A program made the position numbers and the translations under genes. A stretch of 64,000 nt of DNA from Pseudomonadota bacterium (GTDB taxonomy: Bacteria > Pseudomonadota > Gammaproteobacteria > Acidiferrobacterales > UBA6901), in contig JAJYCY010000008.1 in assembly GCA_021778035.1 (NCBI GenBank), positions 612 to 64,611 of the forward strand, in the 5' to 3' direction. A model generated the notes under the pieces. That model did not search any database. It was not told where the DNA came from and saw nothing but the letters and a program-made list of their open reading frames with translations. Below, one piece after another: positions 57,557 through 64,000 of this stretch (within the stretch, counting starts at the first letter, position 1; every line of letters begins with the position of its first letter).

Positions 57557-58518
57557 TCGCGAAACCCAAGCACATCGAGTTCAGCCTCACACCGGCAGAC
57601 AACACGCGGCTGGCCAGTCTCTGCGGCCAGTTCGACGAGAACATCCGCCAGATCGAGGGCCATCTGGGCATCGACATTGCCAACCGCGGCAATGTCTTTC
57701 GCCTGACCGGAAACGCCGGTGCCGTGCGTCACGGCGAACGCCTGCTGCGGGAACTTTACGAGGCGACCACCGGGTCCAGTCATCTGACTTCTGCCGCCGT
57801 GCAGCTGGCGCTGCAGGAAATCGATACCCGCGGATCGGGAGACGACAGCGAGGACGTCGTCCTGCGGACACCGAAAGCGGTCATCAGGGCGCGCGGCGTG
57901 CATCAACGCGAATACATCCGCAGCATTCTCACGCACGATATCAATTTCGGCATCGGTCCGGCAGGAACCGGAAAGACGTTCCTTGCCGTTGCCTGTGCGG
58001 TCGATGCGCTTGAGCGGGACCAGGTCGGACGCATCGTGCTTGTGCGACCGGCGGTAGAGGCCGGCGAGCGACTCGGTTTTCTGCCTGGCGACCTCGAGCA
58101 GAAGGTCGACCCCTACTTGCGTCCGCTCTACGATGCGCTGTACGAGATGCTGGGATTCGAACGCGTAGCGAGGCTGCTCGAGAAGAACGTGATCGAGCTC
58201 GCACCGCTTGCCTATATGCGTGGCCGCACTCTCAACGAGTCGTTCATCATCCTGGACGAGGCCCAGAACACGACCACGGAACAGATGAAAATGTTTCTCA
58301 CGCGCATCGGTTTCGATGCCAGAGCGGTGATTACCGGGGACATCACACAGACCGATCTTCCGCGCGCACAGAAATCAGGGCTGCGTGAGGCGATGGAAGT
58401 CCTGGATGGTGTGGGGGGGATCAGTTTCATGCATTTCACGCCCCAGGATGTGGTGCGCAATCCGCTGGTCCAGAAAATCGTCGAGGCCTATGAGTCGCAG
58501 CGCAATATCGAAAACTGA
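57553..58518 (+). CDS. ybeZ: PhoH-family ATPase (YbeZ-like)
   Basis: The TTG start overlaps the miaB stop. [29 protein letters not shown] parallels YbeZ. Walker A GPAGTGKT. Confidence 0.9.
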   Translation: MIAKPKHIEFSLTPADNTRLASLCGQFDENIRQIEGHLGIDIANRGNVFRLTGNAGAVRHGERLLRELYEATTGSSHLTSAAVQLALQEIDTRGSGDDSEDVVLRTPKAVIRARGVHQREYIRSILTHDINFGIGPAGTGKTFLAVACAVDALERDQVGRIVLVRPAVEAGERLGFLPGDLEQKVDPYLRPLYDALYEMLGFERVARLLEKNVIELAPLAYMRGRTLNESFIILDEAQNTTTEQMKMFLTRIGFDARAVITGDITQTDLPRAQKSGLREAMEVLDGVGGISFMHFTPQDVVRNPLVQKIVEAYESQRNIEN

Positions 58519-58984
58519 GCCGCGCACCCCCCCGAAACCGCGTGTCGAAGTGCAGTACGTGTTTCGGCGGGATGGAGTTCCGGCGAAGGCGGTGATCACA
58601 AAGTGGGCACGTGCGGCGCTGGAGCACGGCGGGAACATGGAACTGGTGGTGCGCATTGTCGGCGAGGGCGAGAGCGCAGACCTTAACCGGCGGTACCGGC
58701 GCAGGACCGGACCGACCAACGTGCTGTCATTTTCCTATGCCGGCGCGGAGGAAAGGCAGATGGCCCCAGGCCTGCTCGGCGATATTGTCATCTGCGCACC
58801 GGTGGTCGCTCGCGAGGCGCGCGAACGCGGTGTGGATCCGCGTGCCCATTGGGCGCATATGGTGGTTCACGGTATAATGCATCTGCGAGGCTATGACCAC
58901 ATTCACGCGCGCGATGCCAGGATCATGGAACAGATGGAATCACGGATTATGGGGCGGCTGGGTTTTGCGGACCCATACGCCTGA
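58490..58984 (+). CDS. ybeY: rRNA maturation endoribonuclease YbeY
   Basis: Zinc motif HGIMHLRGYDH. ATG 58490 (SD GAGG) is chosen; a GTG at 58550 is an alternative start. Confidence 0.9.
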   Translation: MSRSAISKTEPRTPPKPRVEVQYVFRRDGVPAKAVITKWARAALEHGGNMELVVRIVGEGESADLNRRYRRRTGPTNVLSFSYAGAEERQMAPGLLGDIVICAPVVAREARERGVDPRAHWAHMVVHGIMHLRGYDHIHARDARIMEQMESRIMGRLGFADPYA

Positions 58985-59002
58985 TATCTGCGTGGTCGCG
59001 CG

Positions 59003-59890
59003 ATGAGCCAGAACAGCGGTGAACATGGTGGCGACGGCCAGGCGCGCTCCTTCCTGGAGCGTCTGGCTACGGCGCTGCTGCGCGAACCTGGCACGCGCCA
59101 GCAGCTCGTCGAGATATTGCGCGAAGCGCAGGCCCGGGACCTGATGGACCGGGATGCGCTCGACATGATCGAGGGCGTGCTTCAGGTTTCGGAAATGCAG
59201 GTGCGCGACATCATGGTGCCGCGCGCGCAGATGTATGTCGTCGACAAGAATTCGGCGCCCGAGGAGTATCTTCCGCGGGTTATCGAGACCGGCCATTCGC
59301 GCTTCCCGGTGATAGACGGCGACAAGGACAAAGTGGCCGGGATTCTTCTTGCCAAGGATCTGCTGCGATATTTCCATGGCGGCAAGCGGCGGAAATCCGG
59401 GTTCAGTCTGAATGACTACCTGCGTCCGGCGGTGTTTGTGCCCGAAAGCAAACGCCTGAACGTGCTGCTGCGGGATTTCCGCGCGAACCGCAATCATATG
59501 GCGGTCGTTGTGGATGAGTACGGAGGGGTGTCGGGTCTGGTCACGATCGAGGATGTGCTCGAGCAGATCGTCGGCGAAATCAAGGACGAATATGATATCG
59601 ACGCCGATGACGCCATGATCATTGACCGGGGCCCGGACGAGTATGTCGTCAAGGCGCTGGCTACGCTGGATGAGGCGAACGCCCGCCTGGGCACGAGCTT
59701 CACGAGCGAAGGCATTGATACGGTCGGCGGTCTTGTGGTCACGACACTGGGTCATCTCCCGCGGCGCGGCGAGAAGATCGATATCGGCGGGCTGCGGTTC
59801 GAGGTACTGCGTGCGGACAGCCGCCAGGTGCACCTGCTGAAGGTGACCCGGACAGGTGCGCGGCAGGGCGCCGACGCATCCGGTTTCTAG
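59003..59890 (+). CDS. corC: CorC/HlyC-family magnesium/cobalt efflux-associated protein (CBS pair + CorC_HlyC domain)
   Basis: ...MIEGVLQVSEMQVRDIMVPRAQM...HMAVVVDEYGGVSGLVTIEDVLEQIVGEI. Confidence 0.9.
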   Translation: MSQNSGEHGGDGQARSFLERLATALLREPGTRQQLVEILREAQARDLMDRDALDMIEGVLQVSEMQVRDIMVPRAQMYVVDKNSAPEEYLPRVIETGHSRFPVIDGDKDKVAGILLAKDLLRYFHGGKRRKSGFSLNDYLRPAVFVPESKRLNVLLRDFRANRNHMAVVVDEYGGVSGLVTIEDVLEQIVGEIKDEYDIDADDAMIIDRGPDEYVVKALATLDEANARLGTSFTSEGIDTVGGLVVTTLGHLPRRGEKIDIGGLRFEVLRADSRQVHLLKVTRTGARQGADASGF

Positions 59891-59920
59891 CGCAGGTTAC
59901 CGGCCCGGACGGACCACCCG

Positions 59921-61444
59921 ATGCCATTGCAGGCCACACCCGCGCGGCTGGACGCTGTTGCATTCGTTTCCGGCTGTCTGATGCCGCTCGCATTTTCGCC
60001 GGTGTCATTCTATCCGGTTGCAATCCTGTCGCTTGCCATCCTGTTTTCGCTGTGGCGGGATTCCGCGCCGGGGCGCGCCGCGTGGCGCGGTTTTCTTTTC
60101 GGGCTCGGCCAGTTCGGGGTCGGCGTTTCCTGGCTGTATGTGGCACTGCACACCTACGGGCAGATGTCGCCCGTGTTGACGGTAGTCGTGCTGGTACTGT
60201 TTTTTTCCTTTCTTGCCTGCTATCTGGCACTGGTCGGATGGATCCAGGCGCGGTTGTTCAGCGACGTGCGGTCCTGGGCATGGGTCCTCGGGCTGTGCGG
60301 ACTTTGGACGCTCGGGGAATGGACGCGTGCGCGGTTTCTGACGGGATTCCCCTGGCTTGCTGTCGGCTACAGCCAGATAGACGGCCCTCTGGCCGGACTG
60401 GGGCCATGGCTGGGGGTCTATGGCGTCAGCCTGGCGGCTACGGCCAGCGCCGGCCTGGTGGCGCTTGGCTGGCAAAGCCGTCACCGCAGGGGTGTGTGGG
60501 CCTGTGCCGGGGCGGTGGTGGTGCTGTGGACTGTTTCCTGGCTGGCCGGCCGGGTGGACTGGGTGAGGCCGGCGGGGCCCCCGCTGCGGGTCGCGCTGGT
60601 GCAGGGAGATGTGCCGCTGGCGGAGAAATGGTCGCCAGGCTACGGCAGCCGCATTCTGCGCCGGTACACCCGGCTTACCCTGGAGCAGCGCGGGATTGAT
60701 CTTGCGATCTGGCCCGAAGCCGCGGTGCCGTATTATCTGGATGACGTCGAGGCCGGCTTTCTCAGACCGCTTGCCCGGACAGCGGAAGCCAGGAACCTTG
60801 AGATCGTGCTCGGAATTCTCGAACGCCGGCAGGTTGACGGAGTCACCCGCTACTACAACAGCGCGGTCAGCGTTGGGCGCTATCGGGGGGTCTACCGCAA
60901 GCATCATCTGGTTCCGTTCGGCGAATACCTCCCGCTTGCGGGAACACTGCAGTGGCTTCTCGACGACCTGCGCATCCCGATGTCGGACCTGAGTGCCGGC
61001 CCGGCCCGGCAGCCGCCGCTGCGCATCGATGGCCAGTCCATAGGCATGTCCATCTGCTACGAAGACGCATTCGGACGCGAGGTCGTGCGCGCGCTCCCGC
61101 AGGCGACGCTTCTGGCGAACATCACCGAGGACGCGTGGTATGGCCATTCTCTGGCGTCCTACCAGCAGCTGGAGATGGCGCGCATGCGGGCGCTCGAGAC
61201 CGGCCGCGAGATGATGCTGGCGACCAATACGGGCCTCACCGCCATCATCGGCAGCCACGGTCGCATCGTGGCGCAGGCTCCGCAGTTCCGTCGCTGGGTG
61301 CTTACCGGCAGTGTGACGCCGCTCCGGGGTTCAACCCCGTATGTGCGCTACGGCAGCCGGCTGATCGTATGGCTGCTCGCGGGTCTGGTAACGGTCGCAT
61401 TCATGCTGCGTCGCGGCCACAGACCGGCATCCCGGCTGGGCTAG
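59921..61444 (+). CDS. lnt: Apolipoprotein N-acyltransferase
   Basis: Eight N-terminal TM helices. Nitrilase-like domain with catalytic Cys context MSICYEDAF. Conserved position after corC. Confidence 0.9.
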   Translation: MPLQATPARLDAVAFVSGCLMPLAFSPVSFYPVAILSLAILFSLWRDSAPGRAAWRGFLFGLGQFGVGVSWLYVALHTYGQMSPVLTVVVLVLFFSFLACYLALVGWIQARLFSDVRSWAWVLGLCGLWTLGEWTRARFLTGFPWLAVGYSQIDGPLAGLGPWLGVYGVSLAATASAGLVALGWQSRHRRGVWACAGAVVVLWTVSWLAGRVDWVRPAGPPLRVALVQGDVPLAEKWSPGYGSRILRRYTRLTLEQRGIDLAIWPEAAVPYYLDDVEAGFLRPLARTAEARNLEIVLGILERRQVDGVTRYYNSAVSVGRYRGVYRKHHLVPFGEYLPLAGTLQWLLDDLRIPMSDLSAGPARQPPLRIDGQSIGMSICYEDAFGREVVRALPQATLLANITEDAWYGHSLASYQQLEMARMRALETGREMMLATNTGLTAIIGSHGRIVAQAPQFRRWVLTGSVTPLRGSTPYVRYGSRLIVWLLAGLVTVAFMLRRGHRPASRLG

Positions 61445-61593
61445 CGGCCGGCGCACCGTGTGTTGCCGCCGCGCCGCTCGGACGGCAATCCGCCCCTTAC
61501 GCTTGCCGGAACGCTGTGGAATAATCGTGCTCCCGTAAGCGGCTGGACGTGGCGACCGGCCGGCGGAAACAAGCGACGCAGGAGCGCAATTTC

Positions 61594-62130
61594 ATGAACA
61601 GAAAGGCATTGGCTGCCATCCTGGCGGCAGCAGGCATTGCTATGGTTTCGCCTGCCCATGCAGCCGGCAGCCTGAAGATCGGGTTTGTCGACATGCGGCA
61701 GGTGATCCTCGAGAGCAAGGCGGGGAAGGTACACCAGGCCGAGATGGAGAAGCTCATCAACGAGCGGCAGGGTCCGCTCGATCAGGAAAAGAAGAAGTTG
61801 CAGGCGCTGCGCGCGGATTTCCTGAAGGAGCGTCTTACCCTCACGGATGCCCAGAAGGCGGCAAAGCAGAAACAGTTCCAGGCCGAACTGCAGAAATACC
61901 AGGCCATGGCTGGTGAGGCCCAGAATGCGCTGCGTGCGAAGGACAACCAATTCATGCAGCAGTCAATCGGGCTGATCAAGACGATCATTGCCAAGGTGGC
62001 GCGCACGGATCATCTGGGCCTGGTATTCGAGAAATCACAGCTGCTGGTGCTGTATTCCGAACCCGGCATGGACATCACGCAGCAGGTGATGCAGCAGTAC
62101 AATGCAAGGGGTCTGCCCGCTGCGAAGTGA
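61594..62130 (+). CDS. OmpH/Skp-family periplasmic chaperone
   Basis: Trimmed to ATG 61594. Signal peptide MNRKALAAILAAAGIAMVSPAHA. KIGFVDMRQVILESKAGK, followed by a long Lys/Gln/Glu-rich coiled region. Confidence 0.8.
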   Translation: MNRKALAAILAAAGIAMVSPAHAAGSLKIGFVDMRQVILESKAGKVHQAEMEKLINERQGPLDQEKKKLQALRADFLKERLTLTDAQKAAKQKQFQAELQKYQAMAGEAQNALRAKDNQFMQQSIGLIKTIIAKVARTDHLGLVFEKSQLLVLYSEPGMDITQQVMQQYNARGLPAAK

Positions 62131-62142
62131 CCGGAAGCTGAT

Positions 62143-62171
62143 GGCTGCTGCGGGCTTTAGCCGCAGCAGCC
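62143..62171 (+). terminator. Perfect 11-bp stem hairpin after the OmpH-like gene (terminator-like, no U-tract)
   Basis: GGCTGCTGCGG (62143-62153), a 7-nt loop, then CCGCAGCAGCC (62161-62171), 13 nt after the stop. It lacks a downstream T-run. Confidence 0.35.
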
Positions 62172-62253
62172 GGCCCGTCGACCGCAGGGGCATATTCGCA
62201 GCCGCGCGGTTCTGCCGGCCTGCTTTCCTGTCCCGTGGTCCTGTGTCCCGTGA

Positions 62254-64000
<1,747 letters not shown>

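Overview
This is a GC-rich (roughly two-thirds G+C by eye) proteobacterial chromosomal segment, densely packed with about 58 protein-coding genes. By eye I found no rRNA, tRNA, CRISPR array, transposase or integrase. Most of the window is ordinary core genome. It holds a glycolate-salvage block (glcDEF plus a serine/alanine-glyoxylate aminotransferase) and the sucA-sucB-lpd-sucC-sucD TCA block. Cell-envelope genes include OmpA-like, PBP1B, PBP4 and PAP2 proteins. The conserved miaB-phoH-ybeY-corC-lnt cluster and a 5' partial leuS are present. There is a TetR-controlled EmrAB/NodT efflux operon. Metal-homeostasis genes are conspicuous: an Nramp-like transporter, a cupredoxin-FTR1-OM-barrel operon behind Fur-box-like sequence, a VIT1/CCC1 homologue, a P-type ATPase and CorC. 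Many ORF-track entries are antisense shadow ORFs or carry spurious 5' extensions, and I re-set starts where homology, SD sequences and gene spacing allow. Two loci deserve a second look. (1) 39.7-43.3 kb holds a compact operon: a MoxR/CobS-like AAA+ ATPase, a translationally coupled HExxH + VWA (DUF2201-like) protein, and a 375-aa all-alpha orphan with no recognisable motif. It may be a chaperone-plus-client module with an unknown target. (2) 53.9-54.9 kb holds a ~1-kb islet: an XRE regulator co-transcribed with a CsrA-family protein that carries a Pro-rich internal insertion, convergent with a small acidic orphan ORF. Both transcription units are preceded by the same 14-nt motif. Smaller oddities are a decayed nirB-like pseudogene, an aldo-keto reductase with no canonical start codon, an ATP-grasp-like orphan after sucCD, a divergent Nramp metal site, and a perfect 17-bp palindrome on the Nramp promoter. 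All family assignments are by-eye motif recognition, and no database search was possible.
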